A stretch of DNA of 64,000 nt from an uncultured Candidatus Melainabacteria bacterium (GCA_934692625.1 CAKUUC010000010.1:5337-69336); one strand, 5' to 3'. Shown: positions 27,616-37,148, counted from the stretch's first letter. Notes: generated by a model from the sequence alone, not told the origin. Made by a program: numbers and translations.

Positions 27616-29803
27616 AGATATAGAATTTAAACAAATTCAAAATAATAGAATTTTTGATAGTTCTTTTGAAAAATTTGAAAATAATAATATAATTTCATTT
27701 TCTCCAAAAGGAATTATAGTAATTTATGCCCCTAATGGAACAGGTAAAACGAGTTTTATTGAAGCTTTATCTGGCTTAAAAGATACTAAACTTAAGTTTA
27801 AATATAATAATAAAGAATATGACACAGGTGAAAACATTTTCTCTACTATTCAAGATCAGAATGATAGAAATATTATTCAAGGTAATACTAAAGATTTTTA
27901 TCTTGGTAAAAATGTTCGAAAAGAATTTGAATTGGAAGAAAGTTTGGAAAATATTAGAAAAAATGTTGTTGATAAAATTATAGAAATAGCTACAACTCAT
28001 AAAATGAAAAATTTATCTTCTTTGTTGTTAGATTGCTTTACTGAGAATGAAAAAGATTTCTTATCAAAGGCTATAAATAACAAAAACAAACTAAATAGTG
28101 CAACAAATAAAGATATTATTTCATTTGTTAATAAAATACCTGAAATAACCGAGTTAAAATATGATACTAATAAATTTAACTTTTTAGAAAATGATTTATC
28201 ACAAAAAACTTCCACAATTAAATTACTTGAAAATTTAAAAAATGAAGAACTTAAACAAAATAAAGATATTATAAAATTTGAAGAAAATAATGATGCAATA
28301 AAAATCCTAAACAAATATTCCAACCACAATTGTATAATATGTGATAGTGAAATTGATAGAGAATTATTGTTAAAAGCAAAACAAGATAAGCAAATATCTA
28401 TAAAAAAGACATTAGATGATAATACTAAAAAAATTTTAGAAGAAGTATTAAACATTGACTTACAAAAAGACCCTTTTAACATCAAATCAATTATTTTAAA
28501 AGCGATTGAAACTGGAGATAAGACGGTCTTAAATCCACTAATAGATGACATTGAAAAATATAAAAACTTTTTTAAAGAACAAATTTTATATGATATTAAA
28601 AATATTGAAGGGTTTAAAACATTTGAAAAAATAGAAACTAAATATAGTGATTTAATTGCAAAACAACCAGATATTGAAAATGAAGATATCGAATTTATCC
28701 AACAATATATTAAAGATTGTATGAATAAAGACTTTCAAATAAGCCGAGCTGAAGGGAAAAAATACTTACAAATACAACTTGATGAGCAAGATTTTTTAGG
28801 AAAAGATAGAAAAGATTTACCTTTAAGCACAGGTGAACAAAATTTTCTATCACTTTTTATGGAATTTCTAAGGGTCAAAAACTCTGAAAATCCAATAGTT
28901 GTAATTGATGACCCTATATCCAGTTTTGATTCTATTTATAAGAATAAAATTATATATTCAATTGTAAAAGTATTACAAAACAAACAAATTATCCTTTTAA
29001 CACATAATACTGATGTTATAAGATTATTAAAATCACAAGCTGGAAAAACTTTTAATTTGTATATATTAAACAATACTAAAGGTTCTGATAATAATGGATT
29101 TATTTCTATAAATAATAAAGAACTTAAACTATTAACTGATTTAGCAGAATTAACCAAATTTTTTAGAGAAGATGTTTTTGAACAAATAAAAGATGTTAAT
29201 CTATTTTTATATTCAATGATTCCTTTTCTAAGAGGATATGCACATATAACAGGAAATGAAGATGCGTATGAACAATTAACTAAATTAATGCATGGTTATA
29301 TGGCTGAAAATATCGATATTGCCGCTATTTATAAAAGTATATTTGGAAATAAGAACAACAAAATCCCAACGGTGTTTTCAAAAAATATTACTGATATTTT
29401 AAATCTAAAGGACTTTGGAGAAATTATCAATCAAGACAACTATCCTTTATTAAACAAAACATTAAGACATACCCTAACATATCTATATTTAAGATTACTC
29501 GTAGAAAAAACGTTAGTTGAAAAATTTCAAATAGATCCCAATAAACATAAGACGTTAGGAAGTATCATATCTGTTGCATTTCCAAATGATAAGAACACTA
29601 TAATATTGAAAAATCGTATTCGTTTGACATCTAAGAAAACATTAATCAATGAATTTAATCATTTTGAAGGGAATTTAAGTATTTTTCAGCCAGCAATAGA
29701 TATAACTGATGCAACTTTAGAAAAAGAAAAAAAAGATATTGAAGATTTTGTAAAAAAGTTAAAGAAAGAGGTAAGTGGTGGAAAAGATGAGATTGGAAAG
29801 TAA
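27608..29803 (+). CDS. ABC/AAA_13-type ATPase with coiled-coil zinc hook, RloC/PrrC-like (candidate anticodon nuclease)
   Basis: 731 aa. Walker A APNGTGKTS, a roughly 360-aa K/E-rich insert with CIIC (28331-28342), signature LSTGEQ, Walker B VVIDDP, LLTHN, then a roughly 250-aa C-terminal domain (LRHTLTYLYLRLLVEK, LINEFNHFEG). Confidence 0.7.
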   Translation: MVKDIEFKQIQNNRIFDSSFEKFENNNIISFSPKGIIVIYAPNGTGKTSFIEALSGLKDTKLKFKYNNKEYDTGENIFSTIQDQNDRNIIQGNTKDFYLGKNVRKEFELEESLENIRKNVVDKIIEIATTHKMKNLSSLLLDCFTENEKDFLSKAINNKNKLNSATNKDIISFVNKIPEITELKYDTNKFNFLENDLSQKTSTIKLLENLKNEELKQNKDIIKFEENNDAIKILNKYSNHNCIICDSEIDRELLLKAKQDKQISIKKTLDDNTKKILEEVLNIDLQKDPFNIKSIILKAIETGDKTVLNPLIDDIEKYKNFFKEQILYDIKNIEGFKTFEKIETKYSDLIAKQPDIENEDIEFIQQYIKDCMNKDFQISRAEGKKYLQIQLDEQDFLGKDRKDLPLSTGEQNFLSLFMEFLRVKNSENPIVVIDDPISSFDSIYKNKIIYSIVKVLQNKQIILLTHNTDVIRLLKSQAGKTFNLYILNNTKGSDNNGFISINNKELKLLTDLAELTKFFREDVFEQIKDVNLFLYSMIPFLRGYAHITGNEDAYEQLTKLMHGYMAENIDIAAIYKSIFGNKNNKIPTVFSKNITDILNLKDFGEIINQDNYPLLNKTLRHTLTYLYLRLLVEKTLVEKFQIDPNKHKTLGSIISVAFPNDKNTIILKNRIRLTSKKTLINEFNHFEGNLSIFQPAIDITDATLEKEKKDIEDFVKKLKKEVSGGKDEIGK

Positions 29804-31640
29804 GGATATTACTGACGAAAATATAAAAAAGATTTTGGAGTTGTTTCCGAATGTTGCAACTGAGGCGAAAGATGAAAATGGTGAATTAAGAACAGCGATT
29901 GATTTTGATAAACTAAAACAGGAATTGTCAAAAGATGTTGTTGAAGGTGAAGAATGCTATGCTTTTACTTGGGTTGGCAAAAAAGAAGCGATGGTTGAAG
30001 CAAATAGACCAATCAGAAAAACATTGAGACCTTGTAGAGATAAATCATTAAATTGGGAAGATACTGAAAACATCTACATAGAAGGTGATAACCTTGAAGC
30101 TTTAAAACTCTTGCAAGAAAGTTATTTAGGTAAAATCAAAATGATTTATATAGATCCACCTTATAATACAGGAAATGACTTTGTTTATAAAGATAATTTT
30201 ACGCAAGATAAAGATAGTTATAATGAAGAACTCGGCATAAAAGATGAAGATGAAAATAGATTGTTCCAAAATACAGAATCTAACGGAAGATTTCATAGTG
30301 ATTGGTGTTCAATGATATATTCAAGGTTAAAACTTGCAAGGAATTTATTATCAGATGACGGTGTAATTTTTATTTCGATTGATGATAATGAAGTTAGAAA
30401 TTTGAAAAATATATGTGATGAAGTCTTTGGATATGAAAATATAATCTCACAATTTGTGTGGGAAAAGAAAACTTCTGGTGGGCAACACGCACACAATGTT
30501 TTAGATTTCCACGAATATATATTAGCTTATGCAAAATCAATATCTCAAATAATTGAATTTGCTGTGCCTAGAACGAAAAAACAACTAGCATCATTCACTC
30601 AAGAAGATGAATTTGTTAAAGCTAGGGGAAGGTATTTATTAAGTCCATTAAAGTCTTGGTTGGATTATAGAAAAACATTAATTTATGATATAGAATGCCC
30701 AGATGGTTCAATACTTAATACTCAATGGGTTTGTGCGAAAGATACTTTTGAAAAATTAAAATATGAAAATCGAATTGTTTTTAAAAAAAATAATAAAGGT
30801 GAATGGTCTGTTTATAAAAAGCAATATTCAAACGAAGAGGGTGGCTTTGTAAAACCAGCATCGATAATCACTGAGTATGGTCAAACAATGCATGGCAAAA
30901 AAGAAATTAAAGAATTATTTGAAAATAAAGACATAATAAGTTTTCCAAAACCAACCAAATTGATAAAATACCTTTTACAAATGCAAAGCGAGTCAGATAT
31001 AATTCTAGACTTCTTCTCTGGTTCAGCAACTACTGCTCATGCCTGTATGCAACTTAATGCAGAAGATGGCGGAAATCGAAAATTTATTATGGTTCAACTT
31101 CCTGAAAAAACTGATGAAAAATCTGAGGCTTTTAAAGCTGGTTATAAAAACATTTGTGAAATTGGGGAAGAACGTATTAGACGTGCAGGGCAACAGATTC
31201 TGAATCAAGTTCAGAATGACGGTAAAAAGATTGATGTTGGGTTCAGAGTTTTCAAAGTTGATGATACTAACATGAAAGATATATATTATTCACCTAATGA
31301 AACAAACCAAAAACAATTAGGCTTATACGAAAGCAATATCAAAGATGACAGAACTGACGAAGATTTGTTATATGGTTGTTTGTTAGATTGGGGTGTAGAA
31401 TTATCGCTTCCACACAGAGTTGAAATTATTGATGACAAACGTGTTCATATAGTAGATGAAGATGCTCTTGTTGCGTGTTTTGAAGAAAATATTCCAGAAA
31501 GTGTTATTCGTAAAATTGCAGGCATGAAACCATTAAGAGTTGTATTCAGAGATAGTTCATTCAATAGTGACGACAACAAAATCAATGTTGAAGAAATATT
31601 CAAACTTATCACTCCTGATACAAGGGTTAAGGTTATTTAG
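29787..31640 (+). CDS. mod: Type III-like DNA methyltransferase (Mod; beta-class N6A/N4C)
   Basis: DPPYNTG (motif IV) precedes DFFSGSATTAHA (motif I). ATG at 29787 preferred over GTG at 29775. Overlaps the upstream gene. Confidence 0.9.
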   Translation: MRLESKDITDENIKKILELFPNVATEAKDENGELRTAIDFDKLKQELSKDVVEGEECYAFTWVGKKEAMVEANRPIRKTLRPCRDKSLNWEDTENIYIEGDNLEALKLLQESYLGKIKMIYIDPPYNTGNDFVYKDNFTQDKDSYNEELGIKDEDENRLFQNTESNGRFHSDWCSMIYSRLKLARNLLSDDGVIFISIDDNEVRNLKNICDEVFGYENIISQFVWEKKTSGGQHAHNVLDFHEYILAYAKSISQIIEFAVPRTKKQLASFTQEDEFVKARGRYLLSPLKSWLDYRKTLIYDIECPDGSILNTQWVCAKDTFEKLKYENRIVFKKNNKGEWSVYKKQYSNEEGGFVKPASIITEYGQTMHGKKEIKELFENKDIISFPKPTKLIKYLLQMQSESDIILDFFSGSATTAHACMQLNAEDGGNRKFIMVQLPEKTDEKSEAFKAGYKNICEIGEERIRRAGQQILNQVQNDGKKIDVGFRVFKVDDTNMKDIYYSPNETNQKQLGLYESNIKDDRTDEDLLYGCLLDWGVELSLPHRVEIIDDKRVHIVDEDALVACFEENIPESVIRKIAGMKPLRVVFRDSSFNSDDNKINVEEIFKLITPDTRVKVI

Positions 31641-31652
31641 GGAGGCGGAATA

Positions 31653-34600
31653 ATGAAACTTAAATTTAAACATCAAAAATTCCAATCAGACGCAGCCAAA
31701 GCGGTTGTTGATATATTCGCAGGTCAACCTTGTTTTTCTCCAACATCTTATATGATGGATATGGGATTTACCAAATCAGGAGATAACCAAATTAGTCAAA
31801 CATCGTTGCTTAATTATACTGGTTTTTGTAATCACGCAATAGTTCCAAACTTAAACAGAAATATAATCATTGACAACATGCAAAAAATCCAACGATTAAA
31901 CCAACTTGAACCATCAAAAGAAGTTATCAGCGGATTTAACCTAACTGTTGAAATGGAAACAGGTACTGGTAAAACTTATACTTACATAAAAACAATGTTT
32001 GAACTAAACAAACACTACGGTTGGAGTAAATTTATTATCGTAGTTCCTAGTATTGCGATTAGAGAAGGGGTTTACAAATCCTTTAATATTACGCAAGAAC
32101 ATTTTGCGGAAGAATACGGCAAGAAAATAAAATTCTTTATCTACAATTCTAAAAGATTAAACGAAATAGAACAATTCGCAAACGACGGCGGACTTAATGT
32201 AATGATTATCAACTCTCAAGCCTTTAATGCTCGTGGAAAAGATGCTCGTAGAATTTATATGAAGTTAGATAGTTTCCGCAGTAGAAGACCTATTGATGTA
32301 ATTGCAAAAACTAACCCAATCCTTATCATTGATGAACCGCAATCAGTTGAGGGTAAAATAACTAAGGAAAAACTAATTGAGTTTAACCCACTTATTACAC
32401 TTCGATATTCTGCGACTCCAAAAGAAAAATATAATTTGGTTTACAGACTAGATGCGGTAGAAGCTTATAACAAAAAACTTGTCAAAAAAATTGCAGTAAA
32501 AGGTGTTACTATTCAAGGCAGCGATGCAACAAACGGCTATTTATACCTACAAAATATAAATTTGTACAAAGACAAAGCACCAATGGCAAACATTGAATTT
32601 GACCAAAAAGGTACAAACAAAATTCGTAAAAATAGTAAACTTTTAAAAGAAGGTGACAATCTTTATCCTTTATCTGGTGAATTAGACGAGTACAAAAACA
32701 ATTATATTATTACCAAAATTGACGGCAGAGATAACTCCGTAACATTTTTAAACGGAACAAAGATTTTTGTCGGCAATGTCTTAGGCGAAGAAAACGAAGA
32801 CCAAATAAGACGTATTCAAATCCGAGAAACTATACTTGCACATATAGAAAAAGAACGTAAATTGTTTTTCAAAGGTATAAAAGTTTTATCATTATTCTTT
32901 ATTGATGAAGTAGCAAAATATAAGCAATATGATGAATCAAACAACGAACTAAACGGAATTTATGCGGATATGTTTGAAGAAGAATATGAAAATATTATGA
33001 ATGAACTTCAAATAAAATTCGGCGAAGATGATTATATCAGATACCTAAAAGGAATTTCCGCAAAAAGTACACATGCAGGTTATTTCTCAATCGATAAAAA
33101 AAGTAAAAAAATAATCAATTCAACCGAAGATAAAAAAGAAGGTGGTTCAAATGCTGTTGATGCTTTTGATTTAATCATGAGGAACAAAGAAAGATTACTT
33201 AGTTTTGACGAACCTGTTAGATTTATCTTTTCACATTCTGCACTTAGAGAAGGTTGGGATAATCCAAACGTATTCCAAATTTGTACACTTAGAAAAACAA
33301 ACAGCACAGATAAAAAACGTCAAGAAATTGGGCGAGGTTTAAGACTTTGCGTAAACCAAAACGGAGAAAGAATGGATTCTAGCAAACTAGGTGAAACCGT
33401 TCACGATATAAATATTTTAACCGTAATTGCTAATGAAAGTTATGCTAGCTTTACAGAAAAATTACAATCAGAAATTGCTGAAATCACAACCGATAGACCG
33501 CAAGAGGTTAATGAAAAACTATTTGAAGGTAAATTGATTACAAATGCGAATGGCGAAGAACAAACTATTGACATCAATTTAGCGAAAAGAATACACAATT
33601 TATTTATTCGAAACAATTATATTGATGACGATAATAAACTTACAGAAGTTTACTATGAAGCTCAAAAAACAGGAAATATTGCTCTCCCTGAAAACCTTGT
33701 AGGTTATGAAGATTCTATTATAAAAATTGTAGATATGATTTACAACCCAAATACAATGGCTCCTGAAAATTTGAACGAAAGCAAACCTAAACTTGAAATT
33801 GATAAAGAGAAATTAAACAAAAAAGAATTTCAAGAATTGTGGAAAAGAATTAACACAAAAACCGCTTATGTCGTGAATTTTGAAACAAATGAGTTGATAG
33901 AAAAATCAATAAAATCTATTGATAAAAACTTAGCCGTAACAAGGTTGTATTCAGTAATACAAACAGGTTCTATGGATAAAATCGATTCAAAAGAAGCTTT
34001 AGAAAAAGGAACAGCTTTTGATAACGGGAAAATTTACAAAGAAGATATAAAAACCTTACATTGTGGAATTAAATATGACTTAATTGGCAAAATCGTTGAA
34101 GAAACAAAACTTACTCGTAAATCCGTTGTAAAAATTTTACAAGGTATTCACTCAGAAACATTCAACCAATTTAAAATAAACCCAGAAGATTTTATCATTA
34201 AGGTTTCTAATTTGATAAATGAAGAAAAAGCAACTGTTATTATAGAACATATCACATATAACAAGCTGGAAGAAGCTTATCAGACGGATATATTTGCAGA
34301 ACCTGAGATGAAAACAATTACAAACAAAAATTCACTTCCTGTTGAAAAGAATTTGTACAATTATCTTGTATATGATTCTGAAGTTGAAAAAGAATTTGGT
34401 GAAGATTTGGATAAAAACACAGATGTTTCAGTCTATGTAAAACTTCCAAAAGGTTTTTATATTAACACTCCTGTTGGGCATTACAACCCAGATTGGGCAA
34501 TCGCATTTAATGAAGGCTCAGTAAAGCATGTTTATTTTGTTGCAGAAACAAAAGGCTCAATGAGTTCACTACAACTAAAACCTATTGAACAAGCCAAAAT

Positions 34601-34700
34601 AAATTGTGCAAGAGAGCATTTTAAAACGATTAGTTCAGATAGTGTTCAGTATGATGTTGTAGATAATTATCAGGCACTACTTGATAAGGTTATGAGGTAG
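31653..34700 (+). CDS. res: Type III-like restriction enzyme Res subunit (helicase + PD-(D/E)xK nuclease)
   Basis: 1015 aa. METGTGKTYT, IIDEPQ, YSATP, SHSALREGWDNPNVF and the C-terminal YNPDW...FVAETKG nuclease motif. GGGAGG RBS. Confidence 0.9.
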   Translation: MKLKFKHQKFQSDAAKAVVDIFAGQPCFSPTSYMMDMGFTKSGDNQISQTSLLNYTGFCNHAIVPNLNRNIIIDNMQKIQRLNQLEPSKEVISGFNLTVEMETGTGKTYTYIKTMFELNKHYGWSKFIIVVPSIAIREGVYKSFNITQEHFAEEYGKKIKFFIYNSKRLNEIEQFANDGGLNVMIINSQAFNARGKDARRIYMKLDSFRSRRPIDVIAKTNPILIIDEPQSVEGKITKEKLIEFNPLITLRYSATPKEKYNLVYRLDAVEAYNKKLVKKIAVKGVTIQGSDATNGYLYLQNINLYKDKAPMANIEFDQKGTNKIRKNSKLLKEGDNLYPLSGELDEYKNNYIITKIDGRDNSVTFLNGTKIFVGNVLGEENEDQIRRIQIRETILAHIEKERKLFFKGIKVLSLFFIDEVAKYKQYDESNNELNGIYADMFEEEYENIMNELQIKFGEDDYIRYLKGISAKSTHAGYFSIDKKSKKIINSTEDKKEGGSNAVDAFDLIMRNKERLLSFDEPVRFIFSHSALREGWDNPNVFQICTLRKTNSTDKKRQEIGRGLRLCVNQNGERMDSSKLGETVHDINILTVIANESYASFTEKLQSEIAEITTDRPQEVNEKLFEGKLITNANGEEQTIDINLAKRIHNLFIRNNYIDDDNKLTEVYYEAQKTGNIALPENLVGYEDSIIKIVDMIYNPNTMAPENLNESKPKLEIDKEKLNKKEFQELWKRINTKTAYVVNFETNELIEKSIKSIDKNLAVTRLYSVIQTGSMDKIDSKEALEKGTAFDNGKIYKEDIKTLHCGIKYDLIGKIVEETKLTRKSVVKILQGIHSETFNQFKINPEDFIIKVSNLINEEKATVIIEHITYNKLEEAYQTDIFAEPEMKTITNKNSLPVEKNLYNYLVYDSEVEKEFGEDLDKNTDVSVYVKLPKGFYINTPVGHYNPDWAIAFNEGSVKHVYFVAETKGSMSSLQLKPIEQAKINCAREHFKTISSDSVQYDVVDNYQALLDKVMR

Positions 34701-34802
34701 AAGAAAAGAGGTAAAAAATAAAAGGGTATAGCTATTCTTATATTCTTTTGGATTGGAATGAACTTTTTTAAATCCAAATCGTTCTAATATTAGGAGAAAA
34801 TT

Positions 34803-35216
34803 ATGAAAAAACTTTTTGCAATTATATTTGTATCTTTGTTATTAACTGGTAGTGCATTTGCTGGTAACACCTACAACCAATACGGTAGTAAAACAGGTTC
34901 GTACAGAACAAATGGCTCTACAACCACAACTTATGATAGATACGGTTCGCGCACAGGCTCTTACAAAACTAACGGCAACACAACCACAAAATACGACCAG
35001 TACGGTTCAAGACAAGGCACAATCAAAAAGACAACATCTGGTTACACCACATACGATAAATATGGGAGTCGAACAGGTAGTTATAAGACAAACTCTAACG
35101 GTACAACCACATCTTATGACAAATACGGTAGAAAAACAGGCTCGTTCAAAACAGATTCCACAGGTAGAACAACTCAATACGACCGCTACGGCAGAAAAGT
35201 TGGAAGTTTTAAGTAA
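34803..35216 (+). CDS. Secreted tandem-repeat protein (six roughly 20-aa YD-x-YG-x-x-TGSYKT repeats)
   Basis: Signal peptide MKKLFAIIFVSLLLTGSAFA, then YDRYGSRTGSYKTNGNTTTK-type units six times. AGGAG RBS. Confidence 0.7.
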   Translation: MKKLFAIIFVSLLLTGSAFAGNTYNQYGSKTGSYRTNGSTTTTYDRYGSRTGSYKTNGNTTTKYDQYGSRQGTIKKTTSGYTTYDKYGSRTGSYKTNSNGTTTSYDKYGRKTGSFKTDSTGRTTQYDRYGRKVGSFK

Positions 35217-35346
35217 TAATGCATATATTCACTTTTGCAAAAATTTTAAACAAATTTAATCTGTTTTTCACTGGCTCATTACTGGCTCATAAAATTTAAA
35301 CAAAATAGTAAAAAAAACAATATTTATAATACTTTTCGCACAATAT

Positions 35347-36687
35347 TTACTGGCTCATTACTGGCTCACTGATATTCAATTTGTAAATAATGTTTTTATT
35401 TTCTCCAGCCGAAACAAAAATATTTCTATCACATAAAGTCGTAATATCCCTTTTCGCTTGTGCTCGTGAAGCCTCTGTAATTTCTTGGTAGATTTTTGTT
35501 GTAATATACCCTTGTTCTACTACATATTTGATAGCCTTATTTTGTCTTTCATTTAAGCCATTGTATTGTTTGTACATCTGTAGAATAAAACCACCTTGAG
35601 ATGTTTCAAATATTGGAGCTGGAATCCCTTGTTTCAGGCATGCCGTAATCATACGTTTTATACCTGTGCCAAATTGTTCAACATAACCCGCCATATAGAT
35701 AATTTTCATAATCAATGGATTTCTTGACTTTGATGTATGAGATACGGTTAATTTATCAAGAGTTAAACCTCCAAATAAATCCCCAGAGTTATAAATCCAA
35801 ATACTATCTCCGAAAATTTTAATCTGTATTGCTGAACTAAAATCAAAGTAGTCTTTGTGAATAATAGCATTTAAAACAGCTTCTCTCAATGCTGGCAACG
35901 GATAATCCCAAATATCTTCTCTTTGAAATCCTTTAATTTCTGCTCTCATATTTATAAACAATTTCAAAACAGAGTCAACATCTTCAATTTGTTCAAATAA
36001 ATTACCTGTGATATTTTTGTCACTTATAATTACGGATTCATCATCACCCTTAAATAAACCAACCCTAATAGTTGCTGTCGATAGTAATTTTTGTGGATTC
36101 TTGCCAAATAATAAAATTGCTCCATTTGTAAGTTTATTATCAATAATAAGTTCTAATTGAGTCAAAAGGTCGGTTATACTTAACTCTTTTGCTTCTTCTG
36201 GCAATCTTCCCTTATTTGTCGCAAGTTTAACAAATTTTTGAACTGTTTTCTCATCTATATCATCAAGCGTAAAACTATTAGTTATAGAGTCCCAACTTAT
36301 ATCTTTTAATAATAATTTCTTTAGTTCTTCTTTATTTGCTTCTCTTGTCGTGTTTCCAACTCTTTTGTAATACTTATTTTTATAAGCAATAGGCACAGAT
36401 GATTTTTCAACCGTGATTTTTAGAATGTCTTTATCTTCAATATGTAAAAGTTCAACATTTGGTTGAATGCCTGTTAAATCAATAATTTTGTTAGTTAGTG
36501 CCTCTTGTTTTCCATTAGACAAATCAATACCTACAATATTTTTTGTTTCATCTTCAACACCAAGAATAATGCAACCCCCATCAGTATTTGAAAAGGCAGA
36601 AATAGACTTGAATAATCCTTCACTTACTTCTTGTTTATATTCAATAACATTGCATTCATCTAACAAATTTTCTAAATCTTTATTCAT
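35347..36687 (-). CDS. AlbA_2 (Schlafen-like) + HATPase_c_4 + C-terminal wHTH protein (often mis-annotated as RecG-like)
   Basis: VIEYKQEVSEGLFKSISAFSNTDGGCIILGVED is AlbA_2-like. REAVLNAIIHKDY is HATPase_c_4-like. The C-terminal NERQNKAIKYVVEQGYITTKIYQEI is a wHTH. Confidence 0.75.
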   Translation of the reverse strand: MNKDLENLLDECNVIEYKQEVSEGLFKSISAFSNTDGGCIILGVEDETKNIVGIDLSNGKQEALTNKIIDLTGIQPNVELLHIEDKDILKITVEKSSVPIAYKNKYYKRVGNTTREANKEELKKLLLKDISWDSITNSFTLDDIDEKTVQKFVKLATNKGRLPEEAKELSITDLLTQLELIIDNKLTNGAILLFGKNPQKLLSTATIRVGLFKGDDESVIISDKNITGNLFEQIEDVDSVLKLFINMRAEIKGFQREDIWDYPLPALREAVLNAIIHKDYFDFSSAIQIKIFGDSIWIYNSGDLFGGLTLDKLTVSHTSKSRNPLIMKIIYMAGYVEQFGTGIKRMITACLKQGIPAPIFETSQGGFILQMYKQYNGLNERQNKAIKYVVEQGYITTKIYQEITEASRAQAKRDITTLCDRNIFVSAGENKNIIYKLNISEPVMSQ

Positions 36688-36693
36688 ACCTGT

Positions 36694-36722
36694 ATTATAC
36701 CAAAGATTTTAGCCGCAAGCAA
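36694..36722 (-). promoter_or_regulatory. Promoter giving a leaderless or near-leaderless AlbA_2 mRNA
   Basis: Minus strand: TTGCTT, 17 nt, TATAAT, then only 6 nt (ACAGGT) before the ATG at 36687. No RBS. Confidence 0.45.
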
Positions 36723-37148
36723 TTTTTAACTATAGAATATAAAGCATGGGTCATACCTTATGATATAGTTTTTCTCGTGTCACTAATATCAAGAGTATAA
36801 AAGCCTTTGCGGATTTGTCTAACTTAAAAATGGTGGGGCATGCATGGGGCATTCATAGACTACACACAACTAGCATATACAAAATATTGGAACTAGGTAT
36901 TTAATAAAAGTAGGGAGGGTATAGCTAAAAAAAATACTAATCTAAGTATAACAGTTTGGTTGAAATGCGCATCATAGTACAAACATAGTTCTATAATTTT
37001 TGTGCCATTTTGTGACATAAATGTATAATAATGGGTATAAATCTATCTAAATTTAAAAACTTAAAACTTGTCTGAAATGCTTTATCCATCTAACTTTATA
37101 CCAGATTGTATCAAAATAGTAAAATATATCAAAATTGGCTTTATCTCT

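Noticed and set aside
30783-30790. A8 tract in mod as a phase-variation switch
   Set aside because: Type III mod genes can phase-vary through simple repeats. However an 8-nt A-run is common in this AT-rich genome and is shorter than typical contingency tracts.
23707-34700. Assignment of the island operon to DISARM or BREX
   Set aside because: DISARM needs DrmA/DrmB (DUF1998) and usually a PLD protein. BREX needs PglZ and BrxC/BrxL-type genes. None of their signatures is visible, and a Type III-like Res with a PD..ExK nuclease is present instead.
34852-35259. 135-aa alternative-frame ORF over the tandem-repeat gene
   Set aside because: It is an artefact of the nucleotide repeats. It has no signal peptide or RBS, whereas the 34803 frame has both.
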